Of a stretch of 64,000 nucleotides of DNA, positions 44,393 to 54,036 are shown in pieces. The number at the start of each line of letters is the position of its first letter. Position 1 is the stretch's first letter. The DNA lies in assembly GCA_965197645.1 (NCBI GenBank), contig OZ240219.1, positions 1,120,001-1,184,000 on the forward strand, read 5' to 3'. Below the pieces are notes generated by a model that worked only from the letters and a program-made list of their open reading frames with translations, had not been told where the DNA came from and made no database searches. The position numbers were made by a program, and so were the translations under genes. This DNA is from Dehalococcoidia bacterium (GTDB lineage: Bacteria > Chloroflexota > Dehalococcoidia > Plut-88900).

Positions 44393-45601
44393 ATGAGCAT
44401 TTTGATCAAAGACTGCAACATCATCGATGCCGCTTCCCCCGAGGTGCGAACGGACCAGTACGTGCTGGTGGAGGACGGTACCATCACCGAGGTGGGCAGC
44501 GGGCCGGCGCCCTCCGCCGATACCACTATCGATCTGGGTGGTACCTACCTGCTACCCGGTCTCTGGGACGTTCACACCCACCTGAACAAGGGCACCTGGG
44601 GCCCGGAAGTAGAGGAGGAGGCCGAAGGACCGGCCAAGTCCGTCGCCAACGAAGGACGGCACGCCATGGACGCACTGCAGTCCGGGGTCACGTCCCTGAG
44701 AGTCGTCGGCATTGCAGACTGGGCCGACGTAGCCTGGCGGGAAGCGTTCAAATCGGGGCAGTTCATGGGCCCCCGCCTGTTTTGCTGCGGCCACGGACTG
44801 AACACCCCGGCGGGCCACATGGCCGATCTGGAAAGCGGAGGCATCGCCAACGGGCCCGGGGCGTTCGTCAAAGCGGTACGCAACGAGATCATGCACGGCG
44901 TCGATCAGATCAAGCTGGTCACCACCGGAGGCATCATGGGCACGGGGCACGACGTGATGCACCACATCATGTTCACCCGCCAAGAGGTGGAAGCCGCTAT
45001 ATGGATCGCCACGATGAGGGGTGTGCCCGTCGCCACCCACGCCACCGCTCCCCTGGCCGTGAAGTGGGCGGTCCAGGCAGGTACCAACTCGCTGGAGCAC
45101 GGTTACATCCTGGACGAGGAAGCAGTGCACATGATGGCTGATAGAGGGGTGTACTACGTGCCCACACTGGCCCTCAGCCACCTCACCCCTCAGCAGGCTT
45201 CCACTCCGGATCAGACCTCCTACTGCCAGGAGCACCACCTACCCGAGGAGTTCGCCGAGAGGGCCGACCAGTTTGCCCCTGTCCACGAAGAGTCGTTCCG
45301 CATGGCGTTGGAAGCGGGGGTGAAGGTCGCCTGTGGCTCCGACCAGGGCCCGCCCAGGGAGGCTGCTCTTCTGGAGATCGAGTACCTGTCCAGCTGTGGG
45401 CTGGGACCCTATGGCGCCATCGTCGCAGCGACGCAGAACTCGGCCGAGGTCTGCAAGGTGGGCGACAAGCTGGGGACCATCGAACAGGGCAAGCTCGCCG
45501 ACTTGATCGCCGTAGAGACCAATCCCCTGGAGAACATCCACAACCTGCGCCGGCAACTCTTGGTCATGAAGAACGGCGATGTGGCCGTAGACCGGCTCTA
45601 G
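44393..45601 (+). CDS. Amidohydrolase family protein, paralog 2
   Basis: Colinear tandem paralog of 43166-44377 with the same metal ligands. Confidence 0.9.
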   Translation: MSILIKDCNIIDAASPEVRTDQYVLVEDGTITEVGSGPAPSADTTIDLGGTYLLPGLWDVHTHLNKGTWGPEVEEEAEGPAKSVANEGRHAMDALQSGVTSLRVVGIADWADVAWREAFKSGQFMGPRLFCCGHGLNTPAGHMADLESGGIANGPGAFVKAVRNEIMHGVDQIKLVTTGGIMGTGHDVMHHIMFTRQEVEAAIWIATMRGVPVATHATAPLAVKWAVQAGTNSLEHGYILDEEAVHMMADRGVYYVPTLALSHLTPQQASTPDQTSYCQEHHLPEEFAERADQFAPVHEESFRMALEAGVKVACGSDQGPPREAALLEIEYLSSCGLGPYGAIVAATQNSAEVCKVGDKLGTIEQGKLADLIAVETNPLENIHNLRRQLLVMKNGDVAVDRL

Positions 45602-45611
45602 CTCCTCTCTT

Positions 45612-45870
45612 CGGCGACCATCCCCCTATTCCCCTTCCTAGCCAGGAAGGGGGGAAGAAAAAGAGACAAGTTCTGAGGGACGCCCTCAGACTCCCGGCAA
45701 AGGGACTTCGCCCCTCTGCACACCCCCACGCTTAACCGACTCACTAGCGGTAGTATGTGGGGGTGGGGAGTTGACGGATGCAACCCGGGGAGTCCGGAGG
45801 GCCTCCCACTAACGGGGGGTTTGGGGGACGTGCCCCCAGATCGAAAATGTCTCAGGGCGGGTGGGAGGGC
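45612..45870. repeat. Cluster of REP-like palindromic repeats between the convergent amidohydrolase and pheT
   Basis: CCCCTTCCT/AGGAAGGGG hairpin; minus GTGCAGAGGGGCGAAGTCCCTTTGCCGGGAGTCTGAGGGCGTCCCTCAG; plus GGGGGGTTTGGGGGACGTGCCCCCAG. Confidence 0.65.
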
Positions 45871-45896
45871 AAACCAACCTGGGACCAGGCTGACTA

Positions 45897-48281
45897 TCAG
45901 CTACCCCTGAGCTCCGCTCCCAACTCCTTGCTGAGCCGCTGCAGCAGCTGCGCCTGCACCACGTTCACCTCGTCCTCGGTCAGGGTGCGGTTTGGCGACT
46001 GGTACATCAGATTGTAGGCCAGCGATTTCTTGCCTGCCGGCACCTGATCGCCCGTGTAGATATCGAACAGCCTGACCGAGGTAACTATGGGGAACGACTT
46101 GAGGAGGTCCTCGACGGCCCGGGCCTGAGTGTCCAGGTCCACTATTAGAGCAACGTCCCTCATTACGCCCGGGAACCGGGACACCGGCCTGTAGCTCTTT
46201 GTAGTGGGCACGTGGCGCAGAAGCGTTTCCAGGTCAAGCTCGAAGACGTGGACAGATGGGGCCTCCAGGTCGAAGGCCTCGGCGACACTGGGGTGGACCT
46301 CGCCAAGCACGCCCAACCGATCGTTCTGGACGTAGAGGGAAGCCACCCTGCCGGGATGAAGGCCTGGCTCCGAAGCCTCCTCGAACCTGGCTTCCACACC
46401 CAGCTCGTTCAGGAGCGTTTCCAGCACGCCCTTCGCCTCGAGGAATCCCTCCGCTAGTGGGCTCTCACCTGCGGTGAAAATGGCCGCCAGCACCTGTTTC
46501 TCGGCGGGCAGATCGGCTTCTTGGGCAGGGTAGACCCTGCCGATCTCGAATAGGCGAAGACCTTCAACCTGGTGCTTTTCGTTGAGAGCTGCATTGGCGA
46601 GCAGGCCGGGCCGGAGGCTGAGGCGCAGGTACTCCTGGTCCGAATGCATGGGGTTGGCTACCTTCAGCGGCCGGGGCGAATCGGGCACCTCTATACCGGC
46701 GGCTTTCATCCGGGAAAGCCCGATCAGCGAGTAGTTGATCACCTCCTGCATCCGGCAGCTGGCGAGGACGTCCCGGATGTATTGCCCCATATCTCGAAGG
46801 GGGTCGGATTCCCGGTGAGGGATATCGCCGCTTAGCGAAGTAACGGGAATCCGGTCGTAGCCGATGGTCCGGACCACCTCCTCAACCAGGTCATCCTCGA
46901 TGGCAATGTCCGAGCGCCAGAAGGGAGGTTCGACGGAGATATCGTAGCCTCCGCCATCGGTACACTCGAATCCCAGTGACTCCAGGATTTTGATTATCCT
47001 CTCCTTTTCTACCGATATTCCCAGAACCTGCTCGACGCGGGCGGCGGTCACGGTAACCGGTTCTTGCTTCACCTTGCCCGGGTATACGTCGATCACCCCT
47101 TGAGCAACGGTCCCACCTCCCAGCTCTACCAGGAGTTGAGTGGCCCTGCGAAGGCCCTGGATGGGCAACTCGCGGCTCAGGCCCTTGTCGAAGCGGATGG
47201 AGGCTTCGCTGCGCAGCTTCAGCCTATCGGAGGTGCGGCGAATGTTGACGTTGTTGAAGTTCGCTGACTCCAGAAGCACCGCCGTGGTGTCTTCGGATAC
47301 CTCCGTGTTGGCGCCTCCCATCACCCCCGCCAGCCCCACGGGGCCCTGGGGATCGGTGATGGCCAGCATTTCCGGGTCCAGGGTACGATCTTCGCCGTCC
47401 AGCGATACCAAGTGCTCGCCCGGCCGCGCCCTTCGCACGATTATCTTCTTCTCTCTCAGCCTGTCATAATCGAATGAGTGAAGCGGCTGGCCGAACTCCA
47501 GCATCACGTAGTTGGTCACGTCGACGATGTTGTTGATGGGCCTCATTCCGGCAGCGATGAGCCTCTCCTGCATCCACTGAGGCGATGGGGCGACGGTCAT
47601 GCCGGTGATCAGGCTGGCCGTGTAACGGGGGCAGAGGTCTGGGTCGGCTACCTCGATGGTCATCAGCTCATCGATGGGAGGGCCCTGCTCCGGGTACCTA
47701 ACCTTCGGCAGTGAGACCCGGTTCTCGGTCAAGGCGCCCACCTCCCAGGCGATGCCCAGCATAGACTGGCAGTCGGGCCGGTTGGGGGTGAGCTCTAGGT
47801 CAAATATCTGATCACCCATGAAATCGGACAGGGGAACGCCGAGGGGCGCCTCCTCGGGAAGGACCAGGATGCCCTCATGCTCATCGGACAGCCCCAGCTC
47901 CTTCTCCGAGCAGACCATCCCCGCCGAGACCACGCCCCGTATCTTGGCCGCCTTTAGCTTGGCCGGCTTGCCGGTATGTCCGTCGATCAGCTCGGCGCCG
48001 ACTTTGGCGAAGGCGATCTTCTGGTCCGCGGCGACGTTGGGTGCGCCGCAGACGACGGTATGCTCCTCGTCGGGAAGCTGGACGGTGGCGAGGACGAGCC
48101 TATCGGCGTTGGGGTGTTTGTCCACCCTGGTCACCAGCCCGACGAACACGTCGTTCCAGCTTCCACCCACCGTGGTGATCTCGGCTACTTCAGTGCCTGC
48201 CTGGGTCAGCTTGCCCGCCAACTCCTCCGCCGGAAGGGTGATGGGGACGTATTCGCTGAGCCATTTCAAGGATACTTTCAT
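45897..48281 (-). CDS. pheT: Phenylalanine--tRNA ligase beta subunit
   Basis: MKVSLKWL, HPNADRL, VCGAPN, TPNRPDC, HPGR and GKKSLA motifs. Confidence 0.97.
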   Translation of the reverse strand: MKVSLKWLSEYVPITLPAEELAGKLTQAGTEVAEITTVGGSWNDVFVGLVTRVDKHPNADRLVLATVQLPDEEHTVVCGAPNVAADQKIAFAKVGAELIDGHTGKPAKLKAAKIRGVVSAGMVCSEKELGLSDEHEGILVLPEEAPLGVPLSDFMGDQIFDLELTPNRPDCQSMLGIAWEVGALTENRVSLPKVRYPEQGPPIDELMTIEVADPDLCPRYTASLITGMTVAPSPQWMQERLIAAGMRPINNIVDVTNYVMLEFGQPLHSFDYDRLREKKIIVRRARPGEHLVSLDGEDRTLDPEMLAITDPQGPVGLAGVMGGANTEVSEDTTAVLLESANFNNVNIRRTSDRLKLRSEASIRFDKGLSRELPIQGLRRATQLLVELGGGTVAQGVIDVYPGKVKQEPVTVTAARVEQVLGISVEKERIIKILESLGFECTDGGGYDISVEPPFWRSDIAIEDDLVEEVVRTIGYDRIPVTSLSGDIPHRESDPLRDMGQYIRDVLASCRMQEVINYSLIGLSRMKAAGIEVPDSPRPLKVANPMHSDQEYLRLSLRPGLLANAALNEKHQVEGLRLFEIGRVYPAQEADLPAEKQVLAAIFTAGESPLAEGFLEAKGVLETLLNELGVEARFEEASEPGLHPGRVASLYVQNDRLGVLGEVHPSVAEAFDLEAPSVHVFELDLETLLRHVPTTKSYRPVSRFPGVMRDVALIVDLDTQARAVEDLLKSFPIVTSVRLFDIYTGDQVPAGKKSLAYNLMYQSPNRTLTEDEVNVVQAQLLQRLSKELGAELRGS

Positions 48282-48285
48282 GGGT

Positions 48286-49323
48286 CTAGAACTGCTTTAG
48301 AAACCGTACATCGTTGGCGTAGAAAAGCCGGACGTCGTCGATGCCGTACTTCAGCATGGCGATCCGCTCCAGGCCTATGCCGAAGGCGAAACCGGTGTAT
48401 ATGCTCGGGTCGTAGTCGACCCGCTCCAGCACCTTGGGGTGGACCATGCCCGCGCCCATGATCTCCAGCCAGCCGGACTGGCCGCAGACCCGACAGCCCC
48501 TACCGTTGCAGGAGATGCAATCGATGGCCATCTCCGCCCCCGGCTCCACGAAGGGGAAATAGTCGCAGCGAAACCGCACCTTTCGATTGGCGCCGAACAC
48601 CTGGCGGACGAACTCGTACAGGGTGCCCTTCATATCGGCGAGTGTGATGTTTCTGTCGACGGCGAGCCCCTCGCATTGGAAGAAAGCACTTTCGTGGCTG
48701 GCGTCGGTGGCCTCGTACCGGTAGACACGGCCCGGCACCACCACCCGGACAGGCGGGCGGGTATTCTCCATGACCCGGATCTGCATGGGGGAGGTGTGGG
48801 TGCGCATCAGCATCGGCCGCTGGCCCTCGGCATTGACGTAATCAATCCAAAAGGTATCGAACATATCTCGAGCCGGATGGCCCCGAGGTATGTTCAAGGC
48901 CTCGAAGTTATAGTAGTCCCACTCCACCTCGGGCCCCTCGACCACTTGGAAGCCCATGTTGGAGAAGGCCTGGCACACCTCTCGCATTATCTGGGTGGTG
49001 GGATGGAGACGCCCGATGGGCACCCGATGGCCGGGCAGGGTAACGTCTATGGACTCGCCCAGCTGAGCGTCGAGTGCTTTTCGCTTGAAGTCCTCTTCCC
49101 TCTGCTCCAGGGCCGACTCCAGCTCAGCCTTGACGCGGTTGGCCGCACCGCCGATGGACCGACGTTCTTCCGGGGCCAGCTTCCCCAGCGTTCGCAGCAC
49201 CTGGGTAAGGGCGCCCTTCCTGCCCAGGTAGGAGATGCGCCACTGCTCCAGCTGGTCCGTGCCCGAGGCCGATTCCAGCTCTCGCAGGGCCTTGTCTTTT
49301 ATCTCCTGGACTTGATCGATCAT
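48286..49323 (-). CDS. pheS: Phenylalanine--tRNA ligase alpha subunit
   Basis: HPARDMFDTF, MRTHTSP, YFPFVEP and GFAFGIGLERIAM motifs. Start at ATG 49323 or GTG 49326. Confidence 0.97.
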   Translation of the reverse strand: MIDQVQEIKDKALRELESASGTDQLEQWRISYLGRKGALTQVLRTLGKLAPEERRSIGGAANRVKAELESALEQREEDFKRKALDAQLGESIDVTLPGHRVPIGRLHPTTQIMREVCQAFSNMGFQVVEGPEVEWDYYNFEALNIPRGHPARDMFDTFWIDYVNAEGQRPMLMRTHTSPMQIRVMENTRPPVRVVVPGRVYRYEATDASHESAFFQCEGLAVDRNITLADMKGTLYEFVRQVFGANRKVRFRCDYFPFVEPGAEMAIDCISCNGRGCRVCGQSGWLEIMGAGMVHPKVLERVDYDPSIYTGFAFGIGLERIAMLKYGIDDVRLFYANDVRFLKQF

Positions 49324-49344
49324 CACCGCTCCCGTTAAATATAG

Positions 49345-49371
49345 AAAAGCGAGAGGAGGTCTCCTCTCGCC
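49345..49371 (-). terminator. Intrinsic terminator/attenuator between rplT and pheS
   Basis: Minus GCGAGAGGAG-AC-CTCCTCTCGC followed by TTTTCT. Confidence 0.7.
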
Positions 49372-49399
49372 TTGCCGCCTCGGTATGTTCAAGCTGGCG

Positions 49400-49756
49400 T
49401 CAGGCAGACGCCTCCTTGGCGGCGGCTATGACCTGACTAAACCCCGCGGGGTCCCGCAAGGCCATATCGGCCATCGTCTTACGGTCCAGCTGAATGCCCT
49501 TCTGCTTCAACGCGTGGATGAACTTGCTGTAGGAGAGCCCCTCGCGCCGGACAGCGGCGTTGATCCGAGCGATCCACAACTTGCGGAAGTCCCGCTTGCG
49601 CTCCTTGCGATGACGATAGGCGTAGCTCAGGGACTTGAGCATAGCCTCATGGGCCCTTTTGTACAGGGTGCTCTTGGTGCCCCGGTAGCCCTTGGCCAGC
49701 TTTATTACTTTTTTGTGTCGGTGGCGGGTTGTCGTGCCGCCCTTTACTCTGGGCAA
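49400..49756 (-). CDS. rplT: 50S ribosomal protein L20
   Basis: PRVKGG and [15 protein letters not shown] motifs. Confidence 0.98.
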   Translation of the reverse strand: MPRVKGGTTTRHRHKKVIKLAKGYRGTKSTLYKRAHEAMLKSLSYAYRHRKERKRDFRKLWIARINAAVRREGLSYSKFIHALKQKGIQLDRKTMADMALRDPAGFSQVIAAAKEASA

Positions 49757-49776
49757 GTTACTCTCCGGGCGCTCAA

Positions 49777-49980
49777 CTACGGGAGTCCGTAGGGGAGGGT
49801 CTTTTGTATCTTACGCCGGTCCGAGGGTGAGATGGGGTGCATCTCGTCGAACATCCTCCGGACCCGCTTGGGCTTCTTGGTCTTGTTGTGGCTCTTGCCG
49901 CCCTTGGCGCGCATGATTTTTCCGGAGCCGGTGATGTGAAATCTCCGCTTAGCCCCTTTATGTGTTTTCAGCTTTGGCAT
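49777..49980 (-). CDS. rpmI: 50S ribosomal protein L35
   Basis: [14 protein letters not shown]...LPY. Confidence 0.97.
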   Translation of the reverse strand: MPKLKTHKGAKRRFHITGSGKIMRAKGGKSHNKTKKPKRVRRMFDEMHPISPSDRRKIQKTLPYGLP

Positions 49981-50533
49981 CTACTCTTTCCTTCGAGTCT
50001 TCCTCTGCCGTCGATGCCGTCTTCTTGCTCGGCACCAGTACCATGCTCATGGTACGTCTTTCTACGGTGGGCGCTACCTCCACCCGCGCTTCGTCCGTCA
50101 GGGCCCTAGCCACCTTGCCCAAGAGCTGGTTGCCGATCTCCGGGTGGGACATCTCCCGGCCTCTGAACAACACGGAGACCTTCACCTTGTCTCCTCCGAC
50201 CAGGAACTCGACGATCTTCTTGGTCTTTCGCAACATATCGTGCTCGCCGATACGGGTCCTCATACGGACCTCTCTCAACGCGGAGGACTTCTGCGATTTC
50301 CGGGCTAGGCGGTCCTTTTTTGCTTGTTCGTACTTGAACTTGCCGTAGTCCATCAACCGGCAGACCGGCGGGTCTGCGTTGGGCGCAACCTCGACCAAGT
50401 CTACCTCGTTCTCACGAGCCGTGTTGATGGCTGAGGGTAGCGTCATGATACCGAGCTGGTCACCATTCACGCCTATGACCAGCACCTCCCTGGCCCGTAT
50501 TCGCTCGTTAGTACGATAGGCCTTGCCGGCTAT
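49958..50533 (-). CDS. infC: Translation initiation factor IF-3 (ATA start)
   Basis: NERIRAREV and [14 protein letters not shown] motifs; AGGAGG-8nt-ATA in frame. Confidence 0.95.
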   Translation of the reverse strand: MAGKAYRTNERIRAREVLVIGVNGDQLGIMTLPSAINTARENEVDLVEVAPNADPPVCRLMDYGKFKYEQAKKDRLARKSQKSSALREVRMRTRIGEHDMLRKTKKIVEFLVGGDKVKVSVLFRGREMSHPEIGNQLLGKVARALTDEARVEVAPTVERRTMSMVLVPSKKTASTAEEDSKERVDAKAENT

Positions 50534-50580
50534 ACTAGCTACCTCCTGAATGCAAATTCAATGGTGGTTGAAGCGGCGGG

Positions 50581-50609
50581 AATATAGCACAAGTTTCCAT
50601 AATCGTCAA
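50581..50609 (-). promoter_or_regulatory. Sigma70 promoter for infC-rpmI-rplT
   Basis: TTGACG-17nt-TATATT with a TG extension. Confidence 0.65.
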
Positions 50610-50613
50610 TGTT

Positions 50614-52395
50614 TTAGGTTTTCGCCCGAACCTCCTCAGCGATCATCTCCTTGACGGACTTCAAGGGGTTGGCCCCCAGGTCTTCGCCGCTGCGAAGCCG
50701 GACCGATAGGCTGTGGCTCTCCACCTCTTTGTCACCGACGACCAGCATGTAGGGCACCTTTTGCAGCTGGGCCTCGCGGATCTTGAGGTTCATTCGCTCC
50801 TTGCGTGCGTCCATCTCGGCCCGGATGCCGGCGGACCGCAGCTCCTCCACAGCCGTTCGGCAGAAATCGTGGTGCCTATCGGTTATGGGGATGACCACCG
50901 CTTGTACCGGGGCCAGCCAGGTGGGAAACGCTCCTCCATAGTGCTCTATGAGCACTCCCATGAACCGCTCCACTGAACCCAGCAGGGCGCGGTGGACCAT
51001 GAAGGGCCTGTGCTCCTGCCCGTCCTCGGCGATGAAGCCGAGATCGAACCGCTCCGGCAGGTTGAAATCGAACTGGACGGTGGTGCACTGCCACTTCCTG
51101 CCTATGGCATCCTGTATCTTGACGTCTATCTTCGGCCCGTAGAAGGCGCCGCCGCCTGCATCCAGCTGATAGCTGAGGCCCTTCTTGTCCAGCGTTGAGC
51201 GCAGGGCCTCCGTCGCCCGGTCCCAGTCCTCCGGCCTACCGACGTACTTCTCCGGCCTGTCCGCCAGGAAGATCTGATACTCGGTGAACCCAAAGGCGCC
51301 GAGCAAAGAAAAGGTCAGGTCCAGCACCCCTTCGACCTCATCCTCCAGCTGGTCCGGCCGGCAGAAGATGTGGGCATCGTCCTGGGTGAAGCCTCGCACC
51401 CGAAGCAGGCCGTGGAGGACGCCGCCCCGCTCGTAGCGGTAGACGGTCCCCAGCTCGCCGAGGCGGAGGGGAAGCTCCCGGTAGCTGCGCAGGGAGGACT
51501 TGTACATCAGGATGTGGAAGGGGCAGTTCATCGGCTTCAGGTAGTATTCCTGGCCGTCCAGATCGATGGGCGAGTACATGTTTTCGGAGTAGAAGTCCAG
51601 GTGGCCGCTGGTCTCCCACAATGTGCTCTTGCCGATGTGAGGGGAGTAAACCAGCGAGTACCCGGCCTTGTAGTGCTGCTCACGCCAGAAATCTTCCATT
51701 ACCGTCCGCACCTGCGAGCCCTTGGGGTGCCACAGTATCAGGCCCGCACCCAGCTCCTCGTGGATGGTGAAGAGGCCTAGCTCCCGTCCAAGCTTCCTAT
51801 GGTCGCGCTTGGAGGCCTCTTCGAGTCGGTGAAGATACTTGTCCAGGGCCTCCTGGGACTCAAACGCGGTGCCGTAGATGCGCTGCAGCATGGTACGGTG
51901 CTCGTCCCCTCGCCAGTATGCGCCGGCGACGCTCAAAAGCTTGAAGGCCGACACTTGTCCCGTGGACTCCACGTGGGGCCCCTGGCACAGGTCCATGAAA
52001 TCGCCGTGGGTGTAGGTGCCGAGCATTTCGTCCGGGATCTCCTCGATGATCTCCAGCTTGAAGGGCTGACGGCCGAACAGATCGGGGGCGTTGGAACGGT
52101 GGATGTCTTCCCTGACCATGGGGTGATCGGCGGCCATGGTCTTCGCCATCAGCTTCTCGATATCCTCCAGGTCTGCGTTGGTCAGGGAGCGAGGTAGCAG
52201 GAAGTCGTAGTAGAACCCATCGGCCGTGGGAGGGCCGATGGCCAGCTGGGCATCGGGAAACATGGACACAACGGCATCGGCCATGACGTGGGCCGCCGTG
52301 TGCCTGATCCTCCTTCGGAGGTGAGCGATGCCGTCGGGGTCTTCCGAGGAAGCCTCTTTCGCTATCTCCGTATCGGTCAGTATAGATTCAGCCAC
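50614..52395 (-). CDS. thrS: Threonine--tRNA ligase (short form without the N-terminal TGS domain)
   Basis: RHTAAHVMA, DLCQGPH, KPMNCP, RVRGFTQDDAH and GAFYGPKID motifs. Confidence 0.97.
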   Translation of the reverse strand: MAESILTDTEIAKEASSEDPDGIAHLRRRIRHTAAHVMADAVVSMFPDAQLAIGPPTADGFYYDFLLPRSLTNADLEDIEKLMAKTMAADHPMVREDIHRSNAPDLFGRQPFKLEIIEEIPDEMLGTYTHGDFMDLCQGPHVESTGQVSAFKLLSVAGAYWRGDEHRTMLQRIYGTAFESQEALDKYLHRLEEASKRDHRKLGRELGLFTIHEELGAGLILWHPKGSQVRTVMEDFWREQHYKAGYSLVYSPHIGKSTLWETSGHLDFYSENMYSPIDLDGQEYYLKPMNCPFHILMYKSSLRSYRELPLRLGELGTVYRYERGGVLHGLLRVRGFTQDDAHIFCRPDQLEDEVEGVLDLTFSLLGAFGFTEYQIFLADRPEKYVGRPEDWDRATEALRSTLDKKGLSYQLDAGGGAFYGPKIDVKIQDAIGRKWQCTTVQFDFNLPERFDLGFIAEDGQEHRPFMVHRALLGSVERFMGVLIEHYGGAFPTWLAPVQAVVIPITDRHHDFCRTAVEELRSAGIRAEMDARKERMNLKIREAQLQKVPYMLVVGDKEVESHSLSVRLRSGEDLGANPLKSVKEMIAEEVRAKT

Positions 52396-52554
52396 CAGGT
52401 CTCCTACTTATGCTCTAGACGTTCAGACCTCCCCACATCGGTCCGGGGAGGTCCTCTACTTTCATCTCTCAGTTTGGCCAGCTAGTTTCGATACTCTATC
52501 TAGACCTCTCCATCTTTTCCGCCTTGTACCCGAGCGCCCGATAAGGCGGAGTTA

Positions 52555-52631
<77 letters not shown>

Positions 52632-52675
52632 CTGGCTCGTGGGACCAACGAATCGAGTCTAGCAAGGGCCAATAC

Positions 52676-53599
52676 CTAAGTCAAGGAGAAGACCTTCTTG
52701 GGCGCCCAGGGGCCTCGGGGGCCGGGAGAGGTGAGGATGGCCAGGAACTTGCCATCGCTGGAGTAGGCCCGCAACCTGTAGGGCTTCTCTGAGGGGGGAG
52801 CCGGCTTGTTATCCGTCATCTCGCTGGGAGGCACCATGACCGCCTGCCCCGATAGTACCGCCCGCTCCGCCCGCTGGTCCAGGATGGCGCTGTCCATACC
52901 CTGCAGCACGAAGTCGACGGGATATAGAAGCTCCTGCCAGGAGTCTCCCTCAACGGCCGCCGAGAACTCCTCGATGCCGACGGAGTCTCGAATGTCGAAG
53001 GGGCCGGTCCTCAGCCTGATCAAGCTCTGGAGATGGGCGCCGCAGCCCAGCGCTTCGCCGATATCGTGGGCCAGGGAGCGGATGTAGGCGCCCCGGCCAC
53101 ACTCCACTTCGATGGTGATTATCGGGTGTTCCCAACCGGTGAGCTCCAACCTGTAGATCATGGTGGAGCGCTTCTTTCGCTCGATCACCACGCCCTCTCG
53201 GGCCAGCTTGTAGAGCCTCTTGCCCTCGTGCTTGAGGGCGCTGTACATGGGGGGCTCCTGATCTATGGCGCCCCGAAAGGAGCCAAGAGTCTCTTCCAGC
53301 AGCTCCGGGGTGACCCCCGAGGGGTCTCGGGTGGCGACTACCTGGCCCTCGGCATCGTAGGTGTCGGTGGTGACCCCTAGAATGATGTCCGCCCTGTAGC
53401 TCTTATCGGCCTCGGCGAGGTACTCGGTGACTCGGGTGGCCTGCCCGATGCAGATGGGCAGCACGCCGGAGGCCAAGGGGTCCAGGGTACCGCCGTGCCC
53501 CACCTTCTTCTGGCGGGTAAGCTTCTTGACCAGGCGTACGATGTCGTAGGAGGTCTTGCCTGCGGGCTTGCAAAAATTGAGGCTGCCGTTGACGTTCAA
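52676..53599 (-). CDS. truB: tRNA pseudouridine(55) synthase
   Basis: KVGHGGTLDPLASGVL, PPMYSALK and GAYIRSL motifs. Confidence 0.96.
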   Translation of the reverse strand: MNVNGSLNFCKPAGKTSYDIVRLVKKLTRQKKVGHGGTLDPLASGVLPICIGQATRVTEYLAEADKSYRADIILGVTTDTYDAEGQVVATRDPSGVTPELLEETLGSFRGAIDQEPPMYSALKHEGKRLYKLAREGVVIERKKRSTMIYRLELTGWEHPIITIEVECGRGAYIRSLAHDIGEALGCGAHLQSLIRLRTGPFDIRDSVGIEEFSAAVEGDSWQELLYPVDFVLQGMDSAILDQRAERAVLSGQAVMVPPSEMTDNKPAPPSEKPYRLRAYSSDGKFLAILTSPGPRGPWAPKKVFSLT

Positions 53600-53970
53600 C
53601 GCGGCTCTGCTGCCTCGCCATCGTGGCTGACAGCGTCGGCCTGGTTCATCAGCTCCAGGACGTGGGCGCCCTGCTCCAGGGAATCGTCCCGCCGGAAAGA
53701 GAGCTGGGGAAGGTGGCGCATGGCCAATCGGGGGCCCAGATTACGGCGCAGGAAGTGCGAGGCGGCTTTCAGGCCCCGGAACACTTCGTCCTTCTCCTCC
53801 TCGGTCCCCATGACGCTCACGTAAACCCTGGCGTGGCCCAGATCGTTGCTCACCGAAACCCGGGTGATGCTGACCATGTGCTGCAGCCTCGGGTCCTGGA
53901 CCTTTCGCTGCAGAATCCGGCTCAGTTCGTCTCGTATCAGTTCGTTGATTCTTAGGACACGACGGGACAT
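53596..53970 (-). CDS. rbfA: Ribosome-binding factor A
   Basis: DPRL..VSITRVSVSNDLGHARVYVS and PQLSF..DDSL motifs. Confidence 0.95.
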   Translation of the reverse strand: MSRRVLRINELIRDELSRILQRKVQDPRLQHMVSITRVSVSNDLGHARVYVSVMGTEEEKDEVFRGLKAASHFLRRNLGPRLAMRHLPQLSFRRDDSLEQGAHVLELMNQADAVSHDGEAAEPR

Positions 53971-54036
53971 GGCTGGAGCTCCGGGGTGAATTGGGTCGAG
54001 GAAAGATACCCGTTCCAGAGAAGGAGTATCTACTCG

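Noticed and set aside
52396-52554. Possible T-box leader for thrS (and for pheS at 49324-49399)
   Set aside because: No GGTGG-ACC-CG T-box sequence or stem I motifs were found; only simple hairpins are present.
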